Shown one piece after another: positions 1-7,823 of a stretch of DNA of 32,000 bases. The DNA comes from Methanocaldococcus jannaschii DSM 2661 (GTDB lineage: Archaea > AGJL01 > Methanococci > Methanococcales > Methanocaldococcaceae): assembly GCF_000091665.1 (NCBI RefSeq), contig NC_000909.1:1632971-1664970 (forward strand), given 5' to 3'. Below the pieces are notes generated by a model. That model did not search any database. It saw only the letters and a list, made by a program, of their open reading frames with translations, and had not been told where the DNA came from. Position 1 is the stretch's first letter. Each line of letters opens with the position of its first letter. The position numbers were made by a program, and so were the translations under genes.

Positions 1-431
1 TCAGCTCCTACAACAGCATAAACATCTCTTCCATGAAATGTTGAAGATGGTTTGTATCTTTCTTCATCAATTTTAATAATCCTTTTTATCCCCAATTTTT
101 CAGCTACGTAGGTAAATAATCCATTATCAGGCCCAACTAAATAATACCCACTTTTTGTTTCAATAACGATGGATTTTCTCTCACTCCCAACCGTTGGGTC
201 TATAACTGCAACATGAACTGAAGGAGGAAAGTATGGAATAGCTGTTAATAAAACATAAGCACCGTGATATATATTAAATGGTTTTATTTCATGAGAGATG
301 TCAATTATTTTTGCATCTTTATTATACTTTTTTAAAATATTTAGAATTCTACCTTTCATAGCTCCAACATATCCCTCATTAGTTCCAAAGTCAGTTGTTA
401 AGGTTATGATATCTAAAATATCATCCCTCAT
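1..431 (-). CDS. SAM hydroxide adenosyltransferase / SAM hydrolase family protein (DUF62). Only the N-terminal ~143 codons are present; the 3' end runs off the window.
   Basis: Not in the ORF track because it is truncated by the window edge. My translation of the minus strand from the ATG (reverse complement at 429-431) gives MRDDILDIITLTTDFGTNEGYVGAMKGRILNILKKYNKDAKIIDISHEI... The frame stays open to position 1. The N-terminal 'TDFG..EGYVG.MKG' pattern is what I remember for the DUF62 family. Confidence 0.7.
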   Translation of the reverse strand, partial: MRDDILDIITLTTDFGTNEGYVGAMKGRILNILKKYNKDAKIIDISHEIKPFNIYHGAYVLLTAIPYFPPSVHVAVIDPTVGSERKSIVIETKSGYYLVGPDNGLFTYVAEKLGIKRIIKIDEERYKPSSTFHGRDVYAVVGA

Positions 432-519
432 ATAAATCCCCAAAAATATTTATTTACCACAACTACAACTAATTACAAAGAAATCATATATAAATTATAA
501 TATATTCAGTTAGATACGC

Positions 520-2805
520 GTGGCTGAAATTATGACAGCGTTAATAATCTGTGAAAAACCAAGTGTTGCCAAAAAGATAGCAAACGCTTTAGGAAAAGCT
601 AAGAAAAAAAGCATTGATGGAGTTCCATACTATGAATTAGAAAGAGATGGGAAAAAAATTATAGTAGCAAGTGCTGTTGGGCATCTATTTACCTTAGTTG
701 AAAAAGAGAATAAAGAATTTGGCTTTTATCCAGTATTTGATATAAAATGGGTGCCTGCAAGTGTTGATAAGGGAAAAGAGTATGTAAATAAATACATAAA
801 GGCATTAAAAAAACTATCAAAAGATGCAGATGAGTTCTATATAGCAACAGATTGGGACATTGAAGGGGAGCTAATAGGTTATCACGCATTAAAATATTGT
901 TGTGGAAGAGAAAAGGCAAAGAGAATGAGATTCTCATCATTAACAAAAAAAGAGATAGTTAGAGCATTTGAAAATCCGGATGAGATTGATTACGGCTTAG
1001 TTGATGCAGGAGAGAGCAGGCATATTTTAGATTGGTATTTTGGTATAAACCTATCGAGAGCTTTGATGAACGCCATAAGGGCAGTGAATAGATGGAAAAC
1101 GATGAGTGTTGGAAGAGTTCAAGGTCCTGCATTAGCTTTTTTAACTGAAAGAGAATTGGAAATTAAAAAATTTATCCCAAAGCCGTATTGGGTTATTGAG
1201 GCACTATTAAAAGATAATTTAAAGGCAATACACGAGAAAGAGAAATTTTGGAATGAAAAAGAGGCAAAAAATGTTTATGAAAAAATAAAAGATGAAAAAT
1301 CTGCCAAAGTTGTTGAAATAAAGAAAACAAAAAGAAAGTTAAAGCCACTTCCACCTTTTGACTTAGGAACTCTACAGAGAGAGGCATATAGTTATTTTAA
1401 AATATCTCCAAAGGAAACGCAAGAAATTGCCCAAAAGCTTTATGAGAATGCTCTAATTAGCTATCCGAGAACATCCAGCCAAAAACTTCCAAAAGATAGA
1501 AAGTATTTGGAAGATATTCTAAATATAATAAAAAATCATCCAGTTTATGGAAAATGGGCAGAGAGAATTTTAAAAGAGAATTTAAAACCAGTTGAAGGAA
1601 AGAAAGAAGACCCTGCACATCCAGCTATACACATTGTAGATATTCCAAAGGAAGAACTTTCAGAAAAAGAGAAGGAGATTTATGATTTAATTGCAAGAAG
1701 AACTTTAGCTGCTTTTTGGGATAATGCAGAGAGGGAATATTTAAATGTAAAAATTGACATTAAAGGAGAGAAGTTTAAGTTATCTGGTTCAAGGACAGTA
1801 AAAGAAGGATGGCATGAAATTTATTACTTCCCAAAATTTGATGAGATTGAATTGCCCCCATTAAAGAAAAATGACATAATTAAAGTTGAAAAGATAACAA
1901 TAACAAGAAAAGAAACGCAACCACCAAAAAGATACACTGTTGCAAGCATAATTAAGGAATTAGAGAAAAGAGGGCTGGGAACAAAAGCCACTAGGGCAGA
2001 GATCATAGACAAATTAATAAAAAGGGGCTATGTCATTGATGATGGTTCTTTAAAAGTAACTGACTTAGGAATTTCAGTAATCGAGACATTAAAAAGATTC
2101 TGCCCAGAAATTATCGATGAAAAGATGACAAGGGATTTAGAGGAAAAGTTGGAGAAAATACAGTTTAGAAAAATTAAAAAGGATGATGTTTTAGATGAGG
2201 CTGAAAAAAGATTAAGAAAAATATTGGAAGAATTTAAAAAGAAAGAGGAAGATATTGGAATCTACCTTATCAAAAACTTAGATGCCACAAATAAAAAAGC
2301 AAAAATTGTTGGAAAATGTCCTAAATGTGGAGGAGACTTAATTTTAATAAGACATAAAAAGGGCAGGTTTGTTGGCTGCTCTAACTATCCTGAATGTGAT
2401 GTAAAATACTCCTTACCAGATAAAGGTAGGATAAAAATTCCAAACAAAGTTTGTGATGCATGTAAATCACCTATTTTAAAAATAGGAGATAGAGAGATAT
2501 GCATAAATCCAGAATGTCCTTTAAAACAAGTAGAGGTTAAAGAAGAAGATAGGATTTGCCCAAAGTGCGGAGCTAAGCTAATTTTAAAGAAAGGAGTTTA
2601 TGGAGCATTTTATGGTTGTTCAAACTATCCAAAGTGTAAATATACAGAACCAATAAATAAAAAAGAAGTTGTAGGAAAATGCCCTAAATGTGGAGGAGAT
2701 TTAGTTGTTAGAGAAGGTAAGTTTGGAAAGTTTGTTGGTTGCTCTAACTATCCAAAGTGTAGATATACTGAAAAACTAAAACTAAATGAAAAAGAAGAAA
2801 AATAA
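520..2805 (+). CDS. topA: Type IA DNA topoisomerase (topoisomerase I/III-like)
   Basis: 761-codon ORF. It has an N-terminal Toprim motif 'LIICEKPSVAKKIA' and a type IA active-site tyrosine context 'ISYPRTSSQ'. The C-terminal tail carries repeated topoisomerase-type zinc ribbons (CPKCGGDL...GCSNYPEC/KC, three strong copies plus CDACKSP...CINPEC). The start is either GTG 520 or ATG 532. A TATA-like AT run at 486-507 would fit a near-leaderless transcript. Confidence 0.93.
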   Translation: MAEIMTALIICEKPSVAKKIANALGKAKKKSIDGVPYYELERDGKKIIVASAVGHLFTLVEKENKEFGFYPVFDIKWVPASVDKGKEYVNKYIKALKKLSKDADEFYIATDWDIEGELIGYHALKYCCGREKAKRMRFSSLTKKEIVRAFENPDEIDYGLVDAGESRHILDWYFGINLSRALMNAIRAVNRWKTMSVGRVQGPALAFLTERELEIKKFIPKPYWVIEALLKDNLKAIHEKEKFWNEKEAKNVYEKIKDEKSAKVVEIKKTKRKLKPLPPFDLGTLQREAYSYFKISPKETQEIAQKLYENALISYPRTSSQKLPKDRKYLEDILNIIKNHPVYGKWAERILKENLKPVEGKKEDPAHPAIHIVDIPKEELSEKEKEIYDLIARRTLAAFWDNAEREYLNVKIDIKGEKFKLSGSRTVKEGWHEIYYFPKFDEIELPPLKKNDIIKVEKITITRKETQPPKRYTVASIIKELEKRGLGTKATRAEIIDKLIKRGYVIDDGSLKVTDLGISVIETLKRFCPEIIDEKMTRDLEEKLEKIQFRKIKKDDVLDEAEKRLRKILEEFKKKEEDIGIYLIKNLDATNKKAKIVGKCPKCGGDLILIRHKKGRFVGCSNYPECDVKYSLPDKGRIKIPNKVCDACKSPILKIGDREICINPECPLKQVEVKEEDRICPKCGAKLILKKGVYGAFYGCSNYPKCKYTEPINKKEVVGKCPKCGGDLVVREGKFGKFVGCSNYPKCRYTEKLKLNEKEEK

Positions 2806-2820
2806 AATGGTGAATTAGCT

Positions 2821-3978
2821 ATGACTACAAAGCTATATGTTGATTTTGGAGGATATTCTGCTATAGAAAAAGGAAATTTAATCATTCCAAGGGATAATAT
2901 TTTAAATAAAGAGGACTTTGACAGTATTGAGATTGGAGAAGTTGTTGATATCTACTCAAAGAGAGGAAAATTTTTAGGGAGAGGTTTTAAAAATCCAAAA
3001 GAAGTAAGAATAATGACTTTGAGAAAAGAAGATTTGGATGAAAACTACATAAGAGAGAAGATAATTAAAGCAAATGAATATAGACTAAAATTAGGATTTA
3101 AAGATACTTATAGAATGGTTTATACTCAGTCAGATTGGTTAAATGGCTTAGTTATTGATAAATACAATGACATAGCTACAGTTCAGATATTTAACTATGG
3201 TATTGAGAAGATGAAGGATGTTGTTGTTGAAACTCTTTTAGATTTAGGCATTGACAGCATATATGAAAAAAGTTCTGGAAGGAATAGAAAGAGAGCTGGA
3301 TTACCAGAAGTAGAAGGAATATTGGCTGGAGAGAAAACAGAAACTATCATTCAAGAGGGAGAGGCAAAATTTAAAGTTACATTTGATGGGCAGAAAACTG
3401 GCTTTTTCTTAGACCAGAGAGAAAATAGGTTAGAGCTTGAGAAGTTTATAAAAGAGGGAGATAGGGTTTTGGATATATGTTGTTACACTGGTGGATTTTC
3501 AGTTCATGCAGCGATAAGAGGAGCTGAGGTTGTAGGAGTGGATTTATCAAAAAAGGCATTAAAATTGGCAGAAGAAAACATGGAGTTAAACAATATTCCA
3601 AAAGATAGATATGAATTTATTGAGGGGAATGCCTTTAAAGTTATGGAGGAGTTTATAGAGGATGGGGAGAAGTTTGATGTTGTTATATTAGACCCTCCAG
3701 CTTTTGCTCAATCAAAGAAAGCTTTAAAATCTGCTATAAAAGGATATCACATGCTAAATAGATTTGGAGCTAAATTAGCTGATAGGTTGTTGGTTACATG
3801 CTCTTGCTCTCAACCCTTAGAACCAGACGCTTTTAAAGCTTTGGTTATAGACGCTTGCTTAAAGGCAAAAAAATGGGCTAAGATTATAAAGTATGGTTCT
3901 CAAAGCCCAGACCATCCAATAACTTCTAAAGGGACTGAGTATCTAAAATGCTTATTTTTAAGTGTAGAAGAAATTTAA
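2821..3978 (+). CDS. SAM-dependent RNA methyltransferase with an N-terminal PUA-like region (RlmI/COG1092-like)
   Basis: 385-codon ORF. It has the SAM-binding motif 'VLDICCYTGGFSVHAA', a 'DVVILDPPAFA' motif and a 'LVTCSCS' catalytic-Cys region typical of m5C RNA methyltransferases. An RBS-like 'ggtga' lies upstream at 2808-2812. Confidence 0.8.
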   Translation: MTTKLYVDFGGYSAIEKGNLIIPRDNILNKEDFDSIEIGEVVDIYSKRGKFLGRGFKNPKEVRIMTLRKEDLDENYIREKIIKANEYRLKLGFKDTYRMVYTQSDWLNGLVIDKYNDIATVQIFNYGIEKMKDVVVETLLDLGIDSIYEKSSGRNRKRAGLPEVEGILAGEKTETIIQEGEAKFKVTFDGQKTGFFLDQRENRLELEKFIKEGDRVLDICCYTGGFSVHAAIRGAEVVGVDLSKKALKLAEENMELNNIPKDRYEFIEGNAFKVMEEFIEDGEKFDVVILDPPAFAQSKKALKSAIKGYHMLNRFGAKLADRLLVTCSCSQPLEPDAFKALVIDACLKAKKWAKIIKYGSQSPDHPITSKGTEYLKCLFLSVEEI

Positions 3979-3996
3979 ATTACTAACTAAAGGTTT

Positions 3997-4024
3997 CAGG
4001 TGAAAAAATGAGATATGTAGCTTA
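3997..4024 (+). repeat. Direct repeat, copy 1 (28 bp). It duplicates the RBS, ATG and first codons of the downstream OB-fold gene.
   Basis: caggtgaaaaaatgagatatgtAgctta at 3997-4024 versus caggtgaaaaaatgagatatgtTgctta at 4110-4137. This is 27/28 identity, with the first 22 bp perfect. Confidence 0.9.
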
Positions 4025-4109
4025 CCATAGGGCTCCGCCTTATTGGGATACCCGACGCCCATCAAGTTGGGGCTTTCAGCCCCAATTAATGTCCCACTTA
4101 TATATAAAA

Positions 4110-4137
4110 CAGGTGAAAAAATGAGATATGTTGCTTA
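4110..4137 (+). repeat. Direct repeat, copy 2 (28 bp). It contains the functional RBS and start codon of the OB-fold gene.
   Basis: Same comparison as copy 1. The two copies are spaced 113 bp apart. Confidence 0.9.
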
Positions 4138-4720
4138 TAAAATCTATCCAGAAGAGTTTTTAAATAATGAGGTTGTTGATAACGCCCTAATTATTGAGGG
4201 AAGAAAAGTTAGGAGAGTTAGAATTTTAGGAAAAGTTGAGAATATAAACGTTGGAAACATCATATCCTTTTACGTGGATGGAGTTAATGTCAGATACTTT
4301 GAAGAAAAGCCAGTGTATATTGAAGAGGGAGACATAGTTGATGTCATTGGCAGACCAAGAACTTATGATGGAGAGAAATATATCATGGCTGAGATTATTA
4401 GAAAGAGAGATGAAAGATGGATAAAACTTAGAGATTTAGAAATTAAAAAGACAAGGAAATATTTATTAGAGAGGGCTGAACTTTATGAAGAGGAGAATGA
4501 GGAGATGAGTTTAGAGGAGGAAGTATATACTGAAATTTTAAATTCTGATGTCATAAAAGATAAGATTTTGGCTATTATTGAAAATGTTGGTGAAATTACT
4601 TATGAAGAACTTGCTGAAAAAATTAACATCCCAGAAGAGGATTTAGAAAAATATTTATCTGAGTTGAAAGAATCAGGAGACATATTCGAACCAAGACCTG
4701 GTGTTTATAAGGTATTATAA
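4121..4720 (+). CDS. OB-fold nucleic-acid-binding protein with a C-terminal winged-helix domain (RPA32/RPA-associated-like)
   Basis: The ORF track starts at TTG 4043, but a strong RBS (aggtga, 4111-4116) sits 4 nt before ATG 4121 ([13 protein letters not shown]...). The region '[21 protein letters not shown]...[10 protein letters not shown]...[13 protein letters not shown]' looks like an OB barrel. An acidic linker follows. The C-terminus '[43 protein letters not shown]' looks like a winged-helix domain. Confidence 0.6.
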   Translation: MRYVAYKIYPEEFLNNEVVDNALIIEGRKVRRVRILGKVENINVGNIISFYVDGVNVRYFEEKPVYIEEGDIVDVIGRPRTYDGEKYIMAEIIRKRDERWIKLRDLEIKKTRKYLLERAELYEEENEEMSLEEEVYTEILNSDVIKDKILAIIENVGEITYEELAEKINIPEEDLEKYLSELKESGDIFEPRPGVYKVL

Positions 4721-4737
4721 CCTTTGGAGGTGGAAGA

Positions 4738-5289
4738 TTGTTATTAGAAGAAACATTAAAATCATGCCCAATTGTTAAAAGAGGGGAGTATCATTACTTT
4801 ATTCATCCAATAAGTGACGGAGTTCCAGTTGTTGAGCCAAAGTTATTGAGAGAGGTAGCAACAAGAATAATAAAGATAGGAGACTTTGAAGGAGCTACCA
4901 AATTAGTTACAGCTGAAGCAATGGGTATTCCTTTGGTAACTACCCTCTCTTTATACACAGATATACCTTACGTGATTATGAGGAAAAGAGAATATAAATT
5001 ACCAGGAGAGATTCCTGTCTTTCAATCTACTGGATATAGCAAAGGGCAACTCTATCTAAACGGAATAGAGAAGGGAGATAAAGTTGTTATTATAGATGAT
5101 GTCATCTCAACTGGGGGAACAATGATTGCAATAATAGATGCTTTAAAAAGGGCTGGAGCAGAGATAAAAGACATTATTTGCGTTATTGAAAGAGGAGAAG
5201 GGAAAAAGATAGTTGAAGAAAAAACCGGATATAAGATAAAAACCTTGGTTAAAATTGATGTTGTAGATGGAAAGGTTGTTATTTTATAA
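4738..5289 (+). CDS. hpt: Archaeal hypoxanthine/guanine phosphoribosyltransferase (type I PRTase)
   Basis: 183-codon ORF with a TTG start preceded by 'ggaggtgg'. It has the PRPP-binding loop '[14 protein letters not shown]'. The N-terminal '[17 protein letters not shown]' is as I remember for the archaeal Hpt family. Confidence 0.8.
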   Translation: MLLEETLKSCPIVKRGEYHYFIHPISDGVPVVEPKLLREVATRIIKIGDFEGATKLVTAEAMGIPLVTTLSLYTDIPYVIMRKREYKLPGEIPVFQSTGYSKGQLYLNGIEKGDKVVIIDDVISTGGTMIAIIDALKRAGAEIKDIICVIERGEGKKIVEEKTGYKIKTLVKIDVVDGKVVIL

Positions 5290-5295
5290 TTAAGG

Positions 5296-5685
5296 ATGGG
5301 GAATATGAAAAAGTCCTTAAAATCTCTATTAAAATCATTTTTTGAAAAACTGATAAAGAAAGCTTTTGAAGTAAAATCAATCTGTGAGAAAAATCCTAAT
5401 CTATATAACAATGGACTTTTATTTGTGTATTATTTTAGACACTTTTAGAGATGAGGCTATAAGCTTTGGTTTTGATATTGAAGAACTATCTCTTAATATT
5501 GATTTTGAGGAGGAATTAATGGAGCTGTTAAAAAAGAGATTTTAAAGTTCCCAAAAACAGAGGTTGATAATGAATCATTAACTTATTATTTAAGAGATTG
5601 TTTTATAATTTTAGAGGACTATGTTGATGATTATTTAGATGAGGGTGATGAATTCAGTAGGGGAGTTTTAGATGCATTTAGGGAG
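5296..5685 (+). pseudogene. Apparently frameshift-decayed ORF between hpt and the FAH gene
   Basis: Three consecutive open segments occur in alternating frames. The first is ATG 5296/5305 to TAG 5446-5448 (MGNMKKSLKSLLKSFFEKLIKK...YYFRHF). The second runs from 5375 to TAA 5543-5545 in the +1 frame (contains MDFYLCIILDTFRDEAISFGFDIEELSLNIDFEEELMELLKKRF). The third is 59 sense codons at 5509-5685 with no ATG/GTG/TTG, running in frame into the FAH start at 5686. Confidence 0.35.
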
Positions 5686-6399
5686 ATGATTATTTCATTT
5701 GAGAAATTAGGAGAAAAATATAAAATAATTGATTTAAATTTAAATTCAATAAAGCAAAAGATTGGTGATAGCTTGAATATAAAAGAGATTAAGCCAACAA
5801 AAATCATCTGTGTAGGTTTAAACTACATAGACCACGCAAAAGAGCTTAATATGGAAATTCCAGAGTATCCAATAATATTCTTAAAGCCAACTTCAGCAAT
5901 TATCTATAACGAAGATTACATAATAAGACCAAGAATATCTAAGAGAGTTGATTATGAGGTTGAATTAGCCATAGTTATTGGAAAAAAATGCAAAAATATC
6001 AAAAAAGATGAGGCAAATGACTATATAATGGGATATACAATTTTAAATGATGTAACAGCGAGAGATTTACAGCAGAAGGATGGACAATGGACAAGAGCTA
6101 AATCATTTGATACATTCTGCCCAATAGGACCGAGAATAGTTAAAGACATAGACCCAATGAACTTAAATATTGAGTGTAGGGTTAATGGAGAAATAAAGCA
6201 GAAATCAAACACAAAAAATATGATTTTCGATGTTTATGAATTGGTTGAGTTTGTCGCTTCAATAATGACACTCTATCCTGGAGATATCATTTCCACTGGT
6301 ACTCCTCCAGGTGTTGGAGAGTTAAAGGCTGGAGATGTTGTGGAGTGTGAGATTGAAGGTATTGGGATTTTAAGAAACTATGTTAAAGATGAAGAATAG
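5686..6399 (+). CDS. Fumarylacetoacetate hydrolase (FAH) family hydrolase/isomerase
   Basis: 237-codon ORF. 'KIICVGLNYIDHAKE', 'DYEVELAIVIGK', 'ILNDVTARDLQ', 'KSFDTFCPIGP' and 'GDIISTGTPPGVG' are the FAH-fold metal and substrate motifs. Confidence 0.85.
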   Translation: MIISFEKLGEKYKIIDLNLNSIKQKIGDSLNIKEIKPTKIICVGLNYIDHAKELNMEIPEYPIIFLKPTSAIIYNEDYIIRPRISKRVDYEVELAIVIGKKCKNIKKDEANDYIMGYTILNDVTARDLQQKDGQWTRAKSFDTFCPIGPRIVKDIDPMNLNIECRVNGEIKQKSNTKNMIFDVYELVEFVASIMTLYPGDIISTGTPPGVGELKAGDVVECEIEGIGILRNYVKDEE

Positions 6400-6455
6400 G
6401 TATTAAATTCTATTTGTTTATTAATTTACTTTAAAACAATTTTATGGTGATTTAA

Positions 6456-7454
6456 TTGTTCTCTATCTCACATCCCGGAGACTTTGAATCTTTAAAAATC
6501 ATTGTAAATGAGATTAACAAACTTAGAAAGATAAATAAAAAGCTTAAAAAGGAGAGTTTTGAAGTCTATGTAGGCTTTCCAGAGTTTGTAGGAACTGGAA
6601 GAGCAACCCTCTATAAACCAAATTTTGAAGACTTGGCTAAACAAGTTAATTATGCCAAAAAACATAACGTTAGGTTTGAGGTTGTTATAAACGCATCTTG
6701 CATTGGTGGAATGCACTTAACACCAAAAGGCATTAGCTATATAAACTGGATATTCAGCCAACTAAAAAACATTGGTGTTGATAGTGTTGCCCTATCAGAC
6801 CCTTATTTGGTAGATTTAGCTAAAAATAATGGATTAGAGGTTAATGTCTCATGCATAGCCTTAGTGGATAGCTTAGATAAAGCCCTGTTTTGGGATGAGA
6901 AGGAAGTTTATGCTATAACCTTAGATAGTTCAATAAATAGACACTTTGATATAATCCAAGAGATTAGGGAGAATGTTAGCTGTAAGCTAAAGATTTTAGT
7001 TAATGAAGCTTGTCTATACAAATGTCCCATGAGAATACAGCATTTTAATTTCTTCTCACATGCAAACGCCCAGAATATCCCAGCGTTGGATGATTACTAT
7101 TACAACAAATGCATAAACCTAAGAATTAAAAAGAAAGAGCTAATAATAAAAAGCCCCTTCATAAGACCAGAGGATTTGAAATATTATAAAGGTTTAGTTG
7201 ATATATTTAAGATATCTGGAAGGAGCCATCCAATTGGCTGGATAAAGAGAGTTATAAATGCTTATCTAAATGAAAGGTGGGATGGTAATTTGATGGAGTT
7301 GTTGGACTGCCCAAGAGAGTTGGAGCATTTCTATTATTTGGACAATAGGGCATTAGATGGAGCTATTGAGTATTGGAAATCATGCAATAAATTATGTAGC
7401 AAATGCAACTTTTGTAAGGAATTGGCAGAGAAGGCTTTAAAGGTGAAATATTGA
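6456..7454 (+). CDS. U32-peptidase-family-like TIM-barrel protein with conserved cysteines (possible Fe-S enzyme)
   Basis: 332-codon ORF with a TTG start 5 nt after 'atggtga'. The segment order is reminiscent of U32 family proteins: '...FEDLAKQVNYAKKHNVRFEVVINAS...IGVDSVALSDPYLVDLAKNNGLEVNVS...ITLDSSINR...LKILVNEACLYKCPMRIQH'. A C-terminal cluster 'CNKLCSKCNFC' is present. The assignment is from remembered family layout only. Confidence 0.4.
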   Translation: MFSISHPGDFESLKIIVNEINKLRKINKKLKKESFEVYVGFPEFVGTGRATLYKPNFEDLAKQVNYAKKHNVRFEVVINASCIGGMHLTPKGISYINWIFSQLKNIGVDSVALSDPYLVDLAKNNGLEVNVSCIALVDSLDKALFWDEKEVYAITLDSSINRHFDIIQEIRENVSCKLKILVNEACLYKCPMRIQHFNFFSHANAQNIPALDDYYYNKCINLRIKKKELIIKSPFIRPEDLKYYKGLVDIFKISGRSHPIGWIKRVINAYLNERWDGNLMELLDCPRELEHFYYLDNRALDGAIEYWKSCNKLCSKCNFCKELAEKALKVKY

Positions 7455-7810
7455 AAGATAAGATTTTGAAGGATAGGGAAGAGATTGAAAAGTTTTTTAT
7501 AAAGCTATTGGGTAGAGAGATTTTTATTTCAGAAATGGATATCTTTGCCTCAAGGTGTGGTTGTGTTGGAATTATGATAACTGTTAGGGGGCTTTTTGTT
7601 GATGACGTTGAGATATTTAAAGAGAAGATTTTAAATAAGTTGGAGGAGTTGGCTAAAAGTTATGATATAAATGCTGATTGGATATTTGTTAGAGTTCTGC
7701 CTGGAAGTGATGACATCATCAATATTGGAGTTAGAGAGTTTTGTAATATTTGCAGAGAGGAATATAGATTTAAGAAGCCAAGGCCAGATTTAATTAGCTT
7801 AAAGTTTTAA
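7451..7810 (+). CDS. Hypothetical small protein, translationally coupled to the upstream gene
   Basis: 119-codon ORF. Its TTG start overlaps the upstream stop (tTGA at 7451-7454). I recognise no domain. It contains 'CGCVG' and 'CNICREEY' cysteine pairs. Confidence 0.45.
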   Translation: MKDKILKDREEIEKFFIKLLGREIFISEMDIFASRCGCVGIMITVRGLFVDDVEIFKEKILNKLEELAKSYDINADWIFVRVLPGSDDIINIGVREFCNICREEYRFKKPRPDLISLKF

Positions 7811-7823
7811 GTTGGTTGATAGT

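Noticed and set aside
4036-4056. Short resemblance of both G+C islands to the conserved 16S rRNA 780-800 region. 'attgggatacccg' here resembles ATTAGATACCCG, and 'gggggagcaaagggga' at 26488-26503 resembles GGGGAGCAAACCGGA.
   Set aside because: The matches are only ~8-13 nt with mismatches, and the second half of the putative H/ACA target does not fit that rRNA region as I remember it. I cannot run an alignment, so I treat it as coincidence until the actual rRNA sequences are searched.
4043-4120. ORF-track start (TTG 4043) giving a 26-aa N-terminal extension MGYPTPIKLGLSAPINVPLIYKTGEK on the OB-fold protein
   Set aside because: The extension reads through the G+C-rich insert and has no RBS. 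ATG 4121 is preceded by a perfect aggtga RBS and is the position duplicated in the 28-bp repeat.
5052-5411. 119-aa minus-strand ORF overlapping the hpt 3' end and the hpt-FAH spacer
   Set aside because: It is antisense to the conserved PRPP-binding region of hpt. Its sequence is Phe/Ser/Ile-rich and low in complexity, consistent with a shadow ORF.
5621-5655. C-box-like motifs (uuGAUGA at 5624-5630, gUGAUGA at 5645-5651) suggesting a C/D box sRNA upstream of the FAH gene
   Set aside because: There is no CUGA D or D' box at the required ~12-nt spacing downstream, and no terminal stem. The motifs are explained by Asp/Glu-rich codons (DDYLDEGDE) in the open frame.
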